A DNA stretch of 58,939 bases from a bacterium. GTDB taxonomy: Bacteria > Bacillota_I > Bacilli_A > RF39 > UBA660. The stretch lies in the NCBI GenBank assembly GCA_014846175.1, contig RKAV01000041.1:1-58939 (forward strand), written 5' to 3'. The translations under genes and the position numbers were made by a program. The notes under the pieces were generated by a model. It was not told the DNA's origin and searched no databases. It saw only the letters and a list, made by a program, of their open reading frames with translations. Of this stretch, positions 10,741 through 20,804 are shown piece after piece (the stretch's first letter is position 1; each line of letters opens with the position of its first letter).

Positions 10741-13700
10741 TTAATTTTCCTTTGTTTCTAAGCTTTTATAATTATTATATCTTTCTTTAGCATTATTTAA
10801 GTTTTCATCAAGTAATTCTTTAGCATTACTATTTAACTTATCTAGTGATTTATATCTATCTTCACCTAGTAAAAACTCTTTATAGTTACTAAAGTCTGCT
10901 TTAGAATCCATCTTGAAGATACCAGTTTCTGGATTATAATGGAAGATTGGGAAATAACCTGTTTCTGTAGCATTTTTCTCTTCCATAATACTATTTTTCA
11001 TTCCCTTTAGAATACCTTGAGCAATACAAGGTGCATAAGCGATAATTAAACTTGGTCCGTTATACTTTTCTGCTTCATTTAATACTTTAATAGTAGTTTG
11101 AGGATTTGCTCCTAAGGAGATACATGCAACATAAACATTAGGGTAAGTTAGGGCGATTCTTGCTAAATCTTTCTTAGCAGTTTTTTTACCATTTGAAGCG
11201 AACTTACAAACAGCACCTATTCTACTTGATTTACTAGCTTGTCCACCAGTATTAGAATATACTTCTGTATCTAATACTAAAATATTGATATTTTCTCCAC
11301 TTGCTAGTACATGATCAATTCCATTATACCCTATATCATAAGCCCAACCATCTCCTCCGACAGTCCATAAAGAGATAGGAGTAATATATTTCTTAAGAGA
11401 TTTTAATGGTTTAATTTTTGTATGGGGAATAACTTCTAATAGTTTTGTAGCTGTTTCCATATTAATATTATCTAAATAAGCCCGGTATATTTCTTTTTCT
11501 TCTTCATCTACTTTAGATAAATTCTCGACTATTATTTGTTTTAACTGATTCTTTTTAACTTCATCTGCTATTTTAATACCCATACCAAACTCTGCATTAT
11601 CTTCAAATAAAGAATTAGCCCAAGGAACACTATAAGGTGTAGATGGTGAACTTGCTCCATAAATAGATGAACAACCAGTTGCATTAGCAATTACTAATCT
11701 ATCTCCAAATAATTGAGTGATTAATTTAAGATATGGTGTTTCTCCACAACCAGCACATGCTCCACTAAACTCAAATTTAGGATATTTAAACTGTGTTCCT
11801 TTAATAGTTGTTAATGGTAGAGGTGCTTTTTCTGTTACTTCCTTAAATAAATATTCATTATCATCTAATTCTTCTTTAATAAGACTTTTCTTAGCAATCA
11901 TTTCTAAAGCTTTAACTTTCTTCTTACCAGGACAAATATTAGCACATAATCCACAACCAGTACAATCTTTATAACTAACACCTACTGTATAGTAATATCC
12001 TTCTCCTAAACTAGTCTTAACTAACTTAGCTTTTAAACTTTCACTAGCTTTATCTTTCTCTTCTTCTGTTAATAAGAATGGTCTAATAACAGCATGAGGA
12101 CATACTAGTGAACATAAATTACAATTGATACAATTATCTTTATTATATAAAGGTACTATATCACTAATATCTCTTTTCTCAAGTTTTGATAAACCTGCTG
12201 GCATTGTACCATCTATCCTATCAAGAAAAGCACTAACTGGTAAGTCATTACCTTTTCTTTTATCTATTATCTTAAAGAAACTATCTGCTATATCATCTAC
12301 TTTAGCATAAGAATCATTACTTAGTGAATCAACAAATACACAAGAATTTACTCCTTCTTCTATTGCTTTAATATTCTTATCTATTAAGTTATTGCCTTTA
12401 TTTTTAAATCTTTCGATAAGTTTCTCTTTCATCTTACTACTAGCATAATCATAATTAATAACATGACCATACTTAAACATAATATTTTCCATAATAGAAC
12501 TAATCTTATTTCCTAGTCCAATTTTATTACTTATCTTATTAGCATCTACTATATATAGTTTAATATTATTATTCTTTAGATAATTAACCATCTCTTTAGT
12601 AAATAAGGTATTAACTTCTTCCTTACTCTTACTAGTATTAAGAATAAAGGTACCATTCTTCTCTATTGATGAAATTACATCAAACTTCTTAAGATAGGCA
12701 TCTTCTGTACATACTACTACTTTAGCTTTATCAACATAATAAGTAGATCTAATCTCATTCTTACTAAATCTTAAATGACTTATTGTTACTCCACCACTTT
12801 TCTTAGAGTCATATTGGAAATATCCTTGAACATAAGCCTCAGTTGCTTCTCCTGTTATTTTCATAAAGTCTTTACAAGCAGATACCATTCCATCACTACC
12901 ATAACCAAATACTTTAAAAGATGTTTGATTAGGAATAACTAGATTAAAGTTTTTATCATAAGGGATACTTAAGTTTGTAACATCATCTTCGATACCTATA
13001 GTAAAATTATGTCTTAAATTATCCATATTATCATATATAGCTTTTATCATACTAGGTGTTGTATTCTTACTAGATAATCCATATCTACCACCTACAACAC
13101 TTATTTTTTTATTAACATCTTTTATAATACTAGCAACATCTAAATATAATGGTTCCCCACTACTTCCTGGTTCTTTAGTACGATCAAGTACTGCTATTTT
13201 AGAAACAGTTTTAGGTATACTTTTTAAGAAATATTTACTAGAGAATGGTCTATATAAATGTACTTCAACAAATCCTACTTTTTCTCCTTTACTTATTAAA
13301 TAATCAACTGTTTCTTTAATAGTTTCAGAAACGCTTCCCATTGCTATAATTATTTTAGTAGCATTAGCTGCTCCATAATAATTAAAAGGGGCATAATTTT
13401 TACCTGTTAGTTTGTTAATTTCTTGCATATAATCATTTACTATATCAGGTAAAGCATCATAGTATTTGTTTCTAACTTCAGTTGCTTGGAAATAAATATC
13501 ATCATTCTCACTAGTTCCTCTAGTAACAGGATTACTTGGATGAAGTGACCTATTTCTAAAATCTGCTAGAGCTTTTTTATCTACTAGTCTTTTAACTTTA
13601 TCAGTATCAATAACTTCTACTTTTTGTAATTCATGACTAGTTCTAAATCCATCAAAGAAGTTTAGAAAAGGTACTCTTCCTTTAATAGCTGCTAAGTGGC

Positions 13701-14157
13701 TAACAGCTGTAAGATCCATTACTTGTTGAGGTGAGCTTTCAGAAAGAAAAGCAAAGCCTGTACTTCTAGCAGCATATATATCTTGATGATCTCCAAAAAT
13801 AGATAAAGCATGCGTAGCAAGACTTCTAGCTGCTACATGTATAACACAAGGTAACATCTCTCCTGCTATTTTATACATATTAGGTATCATTAATAGAAGA
13901 CCTTGACTAGCTGTAAAAGTAGTAGTTAAACATCCTGCTTGTAAAGAACCATGTACCATTCCAGCTGCCCCTGCTTCACTTTCCATTTCAACCACTCTAA
14001 CTCCTTGATTAAAGTAGTTTTTCTTTCCTTCATTAGACCATTTATCAACAAGCTCTGCCATAGGAGATGCTGGTGTTATCGGATAAATTCCTGCCACTTC
14101 CGTAAAATTATAAGCTACATAACTACAAGCTTCATTACCATCCATAATTTTTTTCAT
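10741..14157 (-). CDS. nifJ: Pyruvate:ferredoxin (flavodoxin) oxidoreductase, single-polypeptide PFOR
   Basis: About 1140 aa with two 4Fe-4S ferredoxin motifs (CINCNLCSLVCP, CTGCGLCANICP) and a C-terminal TPP domain (GGDGWAYDIG). The ATG at 14157 (MKKIMDG) has better RBS spacing than the TTG at 14166. Confidence 0.95.
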   Translation of the reverse strand: MKKIMDGNEACSYVAYNFTEVAGIYPITPASPMAELVDKWSNEGKKNYFNQGVRVVEMESEAGAAGMVHGSLQAGCLTTTFTASQGLLLMIPNMYKIAGEMLPCVIHVAARSLATHALSIFGDHQDIYAARSTGFAFLSESSPQQVMDLTAVSHLAAIKGRVPFLNFFDGFRTSHELQKVEVIDTDKVKRLVDKKALADFRNRSLHPSNPVTRGTSENDDIYFQATEVRNKYYDALPDIVNDYMQEINKLTGKNYAPFNYYGAANATKIIIAMGSVSETIKETVDYLISKGEKVGFVEVHLYRPFSSKYFLKSIPKTVSKIAVLDRTKEPGSSGEPLYLDVASIIKDVNKKISVVGGRYGLSSKNTTPSMIKAIYDNMDNLRHNFTIGIEDDVTNLSIPYDKNFNLVIPNQTSFKVFGYGSDGMVSACKDFMKITGEATEAYVQGYFQYDSKKSGGVTISHLRFSKNEIRSTYYVDKAKVVVCTEDAYLKKFDVISSIEKNGTFILNTSKSKEEVNTLFTKEMVNYLKNNNIKLYIVDANKISNKIGLGNKISSIMENIMFKYGHVINYDYASSKMKEKLIERFKNKGNNLIDKNIKAIEEGVNSCVFVDSLSNDSYAKVDDIADSFFKIIDKRKGNDLPVSAFLDRIDGTMPAGLSKLEKRDISDIVPLYNKDNCINCNLCSLVCPHAVIRPFLLTEEEKDKASESLKAKLVKTSLGEGYYYTVGVSYKDCTGCGLCANICPGKKKVKALEMIAKKSLIKEELDDNEYLFKEVTEKAPLPLTTIKGTQFKYPKFEFSGACAGCGETPYLKLITQLFGDRLVIANATGCSSIYGASSPSTPYSVPWANSLFEDNAEFGMGIKIADEVKKNQLKQIIVENLSKVDEEEKEIYRAYLDNINMETATKLLEVIPHTKIKPLKSLKKYITPISLWTVGGDGWAYDIGYNGIDHVLASGENINILVLDTEVYSNTGGQASKSSRIGAVCKFASNGKKTAKKDLARIALTYPNVYVACISLGANPQTTIKVLNEAEKYNGPSLIIAYAPCIAQGILKGMKNSIMEEKNATETGYFPIFHYNPETGIFKMDSKADFSNYKEFLLGEDRYKSLDKLNSNAKELLDENLNNAKERYNNYKSLETKEN

Positions 14158-14188
14158 CGTTATCAACTCTTTCCTTTATAATTTTTAT

Positions 14189-14893
14189 TTAATTGAAACT
14201 ATCTTCTACATAATTACCATTTTCATCATAATAAACTAAGTAACTATTAACAGTATTATCGCACTTTAAACAACTTATCTTATCATCAATAATCTTTAAA
14301 GCTGTTCTATTAGCTAGGGCATATACTTTCTTATTAGTATTAACTAAATCTTCTTTTAATTCCCCTTTCTTAGATAAATCATTATAATGAGGGCATATTG
14401 CTATATCAATAAAATTTAGTCCTTCTACAAAAGTATACCTATCAGATTCATCTCTTAGTTTTAAAGAATCAGAGTAACCTTCTTTTGCTAACATAATAGC
14501 TCCTGCTGACATACCTACTAAAACAGTTCCTTTTAAATAAGCATTCTTTAATAAAGATACTAAATCATATTCTTTTAAATTATTTACTAACTTAATAGTA
14601 TCTCCTCCACAAAAATAGATAATATCAGCATTATTTATCTTAGTTTCTACTATATCACGATTATTTATAATATTTTTCTTTTTTAAATAGGTACAATTAC
14701 ATCCTAAATCTTTATATATTTTTTTCATCGTATCATAATAAGAATCAGAAAAAGAACTTGCTAAACCAATAAATAAAAAGTTTGGTATTTCTTTATTAGT
14801 CATTTTTACGATTTCTTTATCAATTAATTCTGTTTCATAATTAGTAGTGCCACGACCTACGTCTCCACCACCTATTAATACTAGTTTTTTCAT
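14189..14893 (-). CDS. Peptidase S51 family (dipeptidase E / cyanophycinase-like)
   Basis: GMSAGAIM nucleophile-elbow motif and a downstream His (CPHYN), in the class I glutamine-amidotransferase-like layout. Confidence 0.8.
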   Translation of the reverse strand: MKKLVLIGGGDVGRGTTNYETELIDKEIVKMTNKEIPNFLFIGLASSFSDSYYDTMKKIYKDLGCNCTYLKKKNIINNRDIVETKINNADIIYFCGGDTIKLVNNLKEYDLVSLLKNAYLKGTVLVGMSAGAIMLAKEGYSDSLKLRDESDRYTFVEGLNFIDIAICPHYNDLSKKGELKEDLVNTNKKVYALANRTALKIIDDKISCLKCDNTVNSYLVYYDENGNYVEDSFN

Positions 14894-15273
14894 CCATCGT
14901 CACCTTCTTTTACTAAATATAATATTATTGTGTTTAACATTATTCCTATCATTACTAAACTTAATAAAATAAGATTTAATCTACAATAGCTTATGCTAAC
15001 AGTATATAAGTTAGTTGTTAATAATCTAGAATATACAATACCAATGTATATAGTTAAAGCAATTATTACTAAGTTATAGCTTTTTGTTATGATATATATT
15101 TTTCTCTTAGAAAAGATAGAAAATAAAACTAAGGTAATAAAAAGGAATAGTGTTAGTAAAAAGAAAACACCTACTTGTTCTGTTTTTAATACAAATGGTA
15201 AAAGAAAAATATTTATTATTAGATAGATTATAAAGAATAAACATCTAAGATAATAAAGTATTTTATTAAGCAT
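14890..15273 (-). CDS. Small integral membrane protein (4 TM)
   Basis: Four hydrophobic spans. Overlaps its neighbours by 8 nt and 4 nt, suggesting translational coupling. Confidence 0.55.
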   Translation of the reverse strand: MLNKILYYLRCLFFIIYLIINIFLLPFVLKTEQVGVFFLLTLFLFITLVLFSIFSKRKIYIITKSYNLVIIALTIYIGIVYSRLLTTNLYTVSISYCRLNLILLSLVMIGIMLNTIILYLVKEGDDG

Positions 15274-16195
15274 TATCTAATCCTCTATCTATTCCATCTT
15301 CTATTTCTTGTTTAAATTCTTTATCAAATCTTGGTAATTCTTTTTTGATAACATCAGAATAGACGTTTTTAGTATTTAATATTGCTTTTTTAACATCGAA
15401 GATATTAACATCTTTTCTATTATTGTAAAGAGCAAAAGAAAATGCTTGTTGAAGTATTGCTAAAGTTACATCTGGGTATCTTGCTCCTGTTTCATAAACT
15501 CTTCTATATTCACTAGTAAGGTCGGTTAAGAAAGCCATTATTTTTTCTTTAACATAAGGGTCATACATTAAAGTAGCTCCTGTTTTCTTTTCTATTTTAG
15601 GAAGAGTTCCCATACAAATAGCTATAGTTTCTTCTCTTGTTGGTTCTTTTACTTCTACTTTTTGAAAACGTCTAACAAAGGCTTTATCTCTTAAGATATA
15701 TTGTTCATATTCTTCTGTAGTTGTAGCACCTATTACTTTAATATCTCCTCTATCTAATCCTGGTTTAAACATATTAGCAAAGTCAAGAGCTTCTCCTTTA
15801 GTACCCATAAGAGTATGAATTTCATCTATAAAAAGGATTAAGTTATGATAGTTTTTTAATTCATCTAAGAGTATTTGAATCTTACTTTCACCAGTATCAG
15901 GATCCATTCCAAGTAAAGCTGACGTATTTACCTTTATAACTTGATAAGTTTTTAAAGCATCGGGAACATTACCAATTTGAATACGGTAAGCAAAACCTTC
16001 AACAATAGCAGTTTTACCAACACCAGGTTTACCAATTAAAATGGCTGATTTTTCAGGTGTTAAAAGAATAAGTGCTAATTGTTTAATCTCTTCTTCTCTA
16101 CCAATAGCAGGATTAGTTATATATTCTTTTTCCGTAAAGTTTTCCCCATAACTTTTTAAAATACTTATTTTACTTTTTCTTATTTCATTATTCAT
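15266..16195 (-). CDS. Stand-alone Clp/Hsp100-type AAA+ module (D1-like, 309 aa)
   Basis: The sequence AIGREEEIKQL..LIGKPGVGKTAIVEG..LFIDEIHTL..IGATT..FVRRFQKV matches the ClpA/B/C D1 signature. There is no N-domain, middle domain or D2. Confidence 0.8.
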   Translation of the reverse strand: MNNEIRKSKISILKSYGENFTEKEYITNPAIGREEEIKQLALILLTPEKSAILIGKPGVGKTAIVEGFAYRIQIGNVPDALKTYQVIKVNTSALLGMDPDTGESKIQILLDELKNYHNLILFIDEIHTLMGTKGEALDFANMFKPGLDRGDIKVIGATTTEEYEQYILRDKAFVRRFQKVEVKEPTREETIAICMGTLPKIEKKTGATLMYDPYVKEKIMAFLTDLTSEYRRVYETGARYPDVTLAILQQAFSFALYNNRKDVNIFDVKKAILNTKNVYSDVIKKELPRFDKEFKQEIEDGIDRGLDNA

Positions 16196-16251
16196 AGAGT
16201 TTCCCCTTTCTTTCGTATATTTAAATTATAACAAAAAAAAGAGTAAATAGC

Positions 16252-16280
16252 TTGCTTTTTTTAAAAAAACGTAGTATAAT
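16252..16280 (+). promoter_or_regulatory. Candidate sigma-A promoter of the adhesin gene
   Basis: TTGCTT (16252..16257), 17 nt of spacer, TATAAT (16275..16280). GAGGGGG RBS precedes the ATG at 16307. Confidence 0.5.
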
Positions 16281-16306
16281 ATGTAACTAAATGAGGGGGT
16301 TATATT

Positions 16307-17743
16307 ATGAAAAAGAATTTTAAATTTTATTTTCTATTTATTTTCATGCTACTTGCTATTGGTACAACAAATGTATATGCAGTAAGTAATTTAACTATCA
16401 CTAGTAAAGGTTATATAAGAACTAACTTTAGTGATGGTACACACAGAACAGAAGCGCAGTTCGGTACAAATAAAGGAACAGCTTACTGTATTACACCACA
16501 TAAAACAGGAGGAAATAAAGGAACTAGTTTACCTTATAGTAGTACTGTTAATTCAGGTCCAGTTTTATATTTATTAAATAATTCAAATAGTGATTATTTA
16601 ACTACACAACTTGCTATTTGGAAAGTAACTGATAATTACATTCCACCTGCTTATAACAAGAATAAAACACTTGTTAATAAAGTTAATGCTCTTGCTAACA
16701 AAGCTAAAAGCAATGCTAATTATTCAACTGCTAATCCAACTTTAAAGTTATCTAGTCCAACATTAAGTTTTAGTGAATCAAGTGATGGTAATTATTATGT
16801 ATCTAATACTATTACCGTAACTTCTAATGTCAATGTAACAGCAACTGTTTCTGGTAATGGAGCTAAGATTATTGCTAACGGAAAAAGTAGTAATTCACTT
16901 ACTTTAGCAAATAATACTAAGTTTTATGTTAGAATTGCCAAAAATAATGTTACATCTAATGCTAATATTAAGGTAACAGTTAAAGGTACAAAAAATAAAG
17001 TAGCATATCAAAGATATTCAGGTGGTAAATGGCAAGACTTAATTGTTTTAGTAAAAACGCCTAAGACAGTTAGTACAACTATTAGTGGTACAGTTAAACC
17101 AGTTACACATAAATGTGAATATACAAATGGTAAATATTATGATAAAGATGGTAAAATAACTGATAAAACTACTTATTCACTTCAATGTGAAAAACATACT
17201 TGTGAAAAAGTCGGTGATACTTACTTTGGTAAAGATGGTAAAGTAACCACTGAAGAGGGTTATAATCAACAATGTAAAGCTAAGACTTATACTTGTGAAA
17301 AAGTTGGCGACACTTACTATGGTAAAGATGGTAAAGTAACTACTGAAGAAGGCTATAACCAACAATGTAAAGCTAAGACTTATACTTGTGAAAAAGTTGG
17401 CGATACTTACTATGGTAAAGATGGTAAAGTAACTACTGAAGATGGCTATAACTTACAATGTAAGACTCATACTTGTGAAAAAGTTGGGGATACTTACTTT
17501 GATAAAGATGGTAAGATAACTACTGAAAGTAATTATAACTTACAATGTAAAACTCACACTTGTGAAATTGTAGGTAATAAATATTTTGATCCTAATGGTA
17601 ATGAAACAGATGAAGCAACTTACAAGTCACAATGTGAAACAGTAATAGAAGTTCCTAATACTGGTAGTTCTGATAACTTAGTATTTACTGTATTAGGTAT
17701 AGTTACTGTTACAGGTGTGGTATTAATGATTAAGAAATTCTAA
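16307..17743 (+). CDS. Cell-wall-anchored surface adhesin with thioester (TQXA) domain and Cys-bracketed repeats
   Basis: Signal peptide, Cys in GTAYCITP and TQLAIW (TQXA motif of Cys-Gln thioester domains). Six 29-31-aa repeats follow. The C-terminus has VPNTG, a hydrophobic span and KKF, which is sortase-signal-like. Confidence 0.8.
   Translation: MKKNFKFYFLFIFMLLAIGTTNVYAVSNLTITSKGYIRTNFSDGTHRTEAQFGTNKGTAYCITPHKTGGNKGTSLPYSSTVNSGPVLYLLNNSNSDYLTTQLAIWKVTDNYIPPAYNKNKTLVNKVNALANKAKSNANYSTANPTLKLSSPTLSFSESSDGNYYVSNTITVTSNVNVTATVSGNGAKIIANGKSSNSLTLANNTKFYVRIAKNNVTSNANIKVTVKGTKNKVAYQRYSGGKWQDLIVLVKTPKTVSTTISGTVKPVTHKCEYTNGKYYDKDGKITDKTTYSLQCEKHTCEKVGDTYFGKDGKVTTEEGYNQQCKAKTYTCEKVGDTYYGKDGKVTTEEGYNQQCKAKTYTCEKVGDTYYGKDGKVTTEDGYNLQCKTHTCEKVGDTYFDKDGKITTESNYNLQCKTHTCEIVGNKYFDPNGNETDEATYKSQCETVIEVPNTGSSDNLVFTVLGIVTVTGVVLMIKKF
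17114..17635 (+). repeat. Six tandem in-frame coding repeats (87-93 bp)
   Basis: ACTTGTGAAAAAG recurs at 17198, 17291, 17384, 17471 and 17558, giving periods of 93, 93, 87 and 87. The peptide unit is C-E-K-V-G-D-T-Y-(Y/F)-G-K-D-G-K-V-T-T-E-x-G-Y-N-x-Q-C. The central copies are nearly identical at DNA level. Confidence 0.9.
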
Positions 17744-17756
17744 TTATTATAAAAAG

Positions 17757-17789
17757 CAAGCAATATCATAGATATCTGCTTGTTTTTTT
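17757..17789. terminator. Bidirectional terminator between convergent genes
   Basis: Stem CAAGCA+ATATC / GATAT+TGCTTG, with an A-run before it and TTTTTTT after it. Confidence 0.6.
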
Positions 17790-17790
17790 G

Positions 17791-18176
17791 TTATACTATT
17801 TTGATAATTATTACATAAGCATTTATATCAGGTGCTGATGTTAATCTTGATTTTATACTTAATGTAATAGAATCATTTTCTATATCAGTTATTATATTCT
17901 TAAAATCACTTATTCTATTTAAACTGATTGTTTCTCCTTGTAATACTTCTAGATTATAAGTAGTTCCAACATCACTAAATTTATATCCATAAGTATGATT
18001 ATTACTTGTTCCACTTTTACCTCGTGGTATTCTAAATTCCAAGTTATGAATATGCCCTCTACCCTATCAATAACTTCAGCAGACATATCTTCATCTAAAG
18101 TAGTTGTTCTTTCAACTATGATCTTAGCTTCATTCATACCTTTTGGTCCTAAAACATAGCAGTTATTAAAATTCAA
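17791..18176 (-). pseudogene. Frameshifted ~128-aa gene of unknown function (two overlapping ORFs)
   Basis: ORFs 17949..18176 and 17791..18042 overlap in different frames. The first turns to low-complexity nonsense after ...AEVIDRVEG. The second frame reads protein-like (GHIHNLEFRIPRGKSGTSNNHTYGYKF...) only downstream of the G-runs at about 18055..18066. Confidence 0.45.
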
Positions 18177-18245
18177 TCTCTAATTCACGAAAAAATCACC
18201 TTCTCACTTATTTTATAGATAGTTAAAAAAACAAAAAAGAGACTT

Positions 18246-18569
18246 TTAGTCCCTATTGTAAATAAAACTTTTTTCGCCGTCAAAAACTAATATTTCTTTT
18301 TTCAAAGTTCTAGCTTGTTCTATACGTTTAATTGTTGATTCTCCAATATGTTTTGGTGTAACCAAACATACAATATCACAAAAAAGCAGTTTTTGATAAC
18401 ACATTTTATCTATTAATTCTTTATTTTTAATATAATCACTATAAACATAAAAAACTGGTTTAAAAACAATATACCCCAACTCTGTAAAATATATTTCTGC
18501 TTTTCTAAATATTTCATAATTACCTTTGGTACTACCAATTAGATGCACTACTTTAAAGGTACCTATCAT
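18246..18569 (-). CDS. Hypothetical 107-aa protein (tentatively nucleoside 2-deoxyribosyltransferase-like / DUF4406-like layout)
   Basis: Intact ORF with its own terminator. The family assignment rests only on a loose pattern (hLIGS...G..V..P...CD.v..v....GEST..EI..A) and is weak. Confidence 0.5.
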   Translation of the reverse strand: MIGTFKVVHLIGSTKGNYEIFRKAEIYFTELGYIVFKPVFYVYSDYIKNKELIDKMCYQKLLFCDIVCLVTPKHIGESTIKRIEQARTLKKEILVFDGEKSFIYNRD

Positions 18570-18668
18570 TTTTCCACCCCTAACTAAATTGACTTTTTAA
18601 ATTTTTTATAGAGAGTTTATCTATACTTTAATAACTGTTCTTTCTAATAAAAAGAGACTTTTCGTCTC

Positions 18669-20804
18669 CTATAATTCAAACTGTGAATTGTATAAGTCGG
18701 CATAGAAACCATTCTTTTTCATTAATTCTTCATGATTACCTGTTTCAATGATATTGCCATCTTTCATAACAAGTATTAAATCAGCATTTTTAATAGTTGA
18801 TAATCTATGAGCAATGATAAATGATGTTCTTCCTTCTGTTAACTTATCCATAGCCTTTTGTACTAATTCTTCTGTTCTTGTATCAACATTACTTGTTGCT
18901 TCATCAAGAATTAAGAATGGTGAATCTTCTATCATACCACGAGCAATAGTAAGTAACTGTCTTTGCCCTGCTGACACAGAATCATTTTCACCAATAACAC
19001 TATCAAAGCCATTAGGTAAAGTCTTAATAAAATGAGTAAGACCTACTGTGTCACAAACTTCTTTAACTGTTTCATCAGAAATATTTTCTCTATTATAAAT
19101 AATATTTTCTTTAACTGTACCATTGAATAACCAAGTGTCTTGTAAAACCATTGTAAATAAACTATGAACATTTTCTCTTGTAAGGTCATTAATAGAAACA
19201 TTATCTATTAAAATATCACCTTTATTAATTTCATAGAACTTCATAAGTAGATTAACCATCGTTGTTTTACCTGCTCCCGTTGGTCCAACGATTGCTATTT
19301 TTTGTCCATCTTTAACACTAGCAGTGAAATCTTTAATAATAGTTCTATCTTTATCATAACCGAAAGAAACGTGGTCAAAAGTAATATTACCTTTTACTTT
19401 TGCTTTATCTAATCTTTTTGTTTTATTAGTTTCTAAACTCATCTCTTCTTCATCTAAGAATTCAAATACTCTTTCACTTGCAGCTGCTGTTGATTGTAAA
19501 CTAGTAAAAGCTTGAGCGATTTGTGTTAGAGGTGAAGTAAATAATCTAACATAAGTAATAAATGCTACAATGACACCAAAGGTTATATGATTATTTAAAA
19601 CAAGTAATGCTCCCACAATACATACTGCTACATAACCAAAGTTTCCAATGAAAAACATAATTGGTTGCATAAGTCCTGATAAGAACTGACTTTTTCTATT
19701 AGCATTATAAACTTTCTCGTTATATTCATCAAACTTAGTATCAGATTCCTTTTTACCATTATATGCTTTTACTACTAAAAGTCCTGAATACACTTCTTCA
19801 ATATGTGAATTTAGTTTTCCAAGTTCTCTTTGTCTTGCTGCAAAATATTTTTGAGATTTAGAAAGAACTATAAAGATAATAACAAAACCAATTAAACTAG
19901 CAGAAATAGCTGTTAAAGCCATAATCCAGTTAGTTATAAACATCATTAGAATTGTACCTAATAATAATGTTATAGCACTAACTAATGAAGATAATGATTG
20001 GTTCATACTTTGTGCAATAGTATCAACATCATTAGTAACACGTGATAAAATATCACCTGTCTGATTCTTATCAAAATACTTAAGTGGTAGTTTATTAATC
20101 TTAGTAGAGATTCTACTTCTTAATTTTCTAGCAAAGTTATTAGAAACACTAGTCATTATAATTGATTCAATAAATGATAATAAAGCACTAACAATATATA
20201 AACAAGCTAAGAATAAACTTATCTTTTTAATCTTAGTCATATTCATAGTAGGTACAACTACTTTTTTAATATCTTTAGGCATTTCATCTATTTTCTTATA
20301 AAGTACTTTAACATCACTTGTATCTTTAATCTCACTTGTTACTTCTAAAAACTCTATTTGATCTTTTGTTGTAATCTTTTGATTTTTAACTGTAAACTCT
20401 TTAAAAATCATCTTTAAGGTCTTATCTGATAACTTACTTAAATTACTTACAATATCATCTTCACTACTAAACTGTAAAGCATTTAGAAAGTCTTGTTTTT
20501 CTTCGATTGTTAAATCTTCACTTTGTAATATTTCATCTACTTTAATATGTTGTAAATTAATTTTTATTCGCTCACTTACTTCTTCAAGATTTCTTGAATT
20601 AACAATTATACCTTCAGAAATAGTATCAGTTAATTTAGATAATTTATTAGGAGCAGCGATTGATAAGATTGATGATAAAACAGCAAAGATTAATGCCATT
20701 GCTATTAAGATTTGAAAACTTTTTAGTTCTTTGAAAAGACGTTTCATTGAACCAACAAAATCTTTAGACTTATCCATTTTAGGTCCACGTGGTCCGTTAT
20801 GCAT
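18669..20804 (-). CDS. ABC exporter, fused permease/ATPase (heterodimer subunit B) with ~130-aa insert between TM1 and TM2
   Basis: Six-TM exporter domain, Walker A GPTGAGKTT, signature VSAGQRQL, Walker B ILDEATS. Overlaps its partner by 8 nt. Confidence 0.9.
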   Translation of the reverse strand: MHNGPRGPKMDKSKDFVGSMKRLFKELKSFQILIAMALIFAVLSSILSIAAPNKLSKLTDTISEGIIVNSRNLEEVSERIKINLQHIKVDEILQSEDLTIEEKQDFLNALQFSSEDDIVSNLSKLSDKTLKMIFKEFTVKNQKITTKDQIEFLEVTSEIKDTSDVKVLYKKIDEMPKDIKKVVVPTMNMTKIKKISLFLACLYIVSALLSFIESIIMTSVSNNFARKLRSRISTKINKLPLKYFDKNQTGDILSRVTNDVDTIAQSMNQSLSSLVSAITLLLGTILMMFITNWIMALTAISASLIGFVIIFIVLSKSQKYFAARQRELGKLNSHIEEVYSGLLVVKAYNGKKESDTKFDEYNEKVYNANRKSQFLSGLMQPIMFFIGNFGYVAVCIVGALLVLNNHITFGVIVAFITYVRLFTSPLTQIAQAFTSLQSTAAASERVFEFLDEEEMSLETNKTKRLDKAKVKGNITFDHVSFGYDKDRTIIKDFTASVKDGQKIAIVGPTGAGKTTMVNLLMKFYEINKGDILIDNVSINDLTRENVHSLFTMVLQDTWLFNGTVKENIIYNRENISDETVKEVCDTVGLTHFIKTLPNGFDSVIGENDSVSAGQRQLLTIARGMIEDSPFLILDEATSNVDTRTEELVQKAMDKLTEGRTSFIIAHRLSTIKNADLILVMKDGNIIETGNHEELMKKNGFYADLYNSQFEL

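Noticed and set aside
18228-18672. Similar sequences AAAAGAGACTTTT(A/C)GTC(C/T)C at 18228..18250 and 18648..18672 (also GAGAC-N5-GTCTC at 10696..10712), considered as a dispersed repeat family.
   Set aside because: Each is a short GAGAC/GTCTC-type stem plus T-run at a gene end, which ordinary intrinsic terminators explain. The shared length of about 20 nt is too short to call a mobile repeat.
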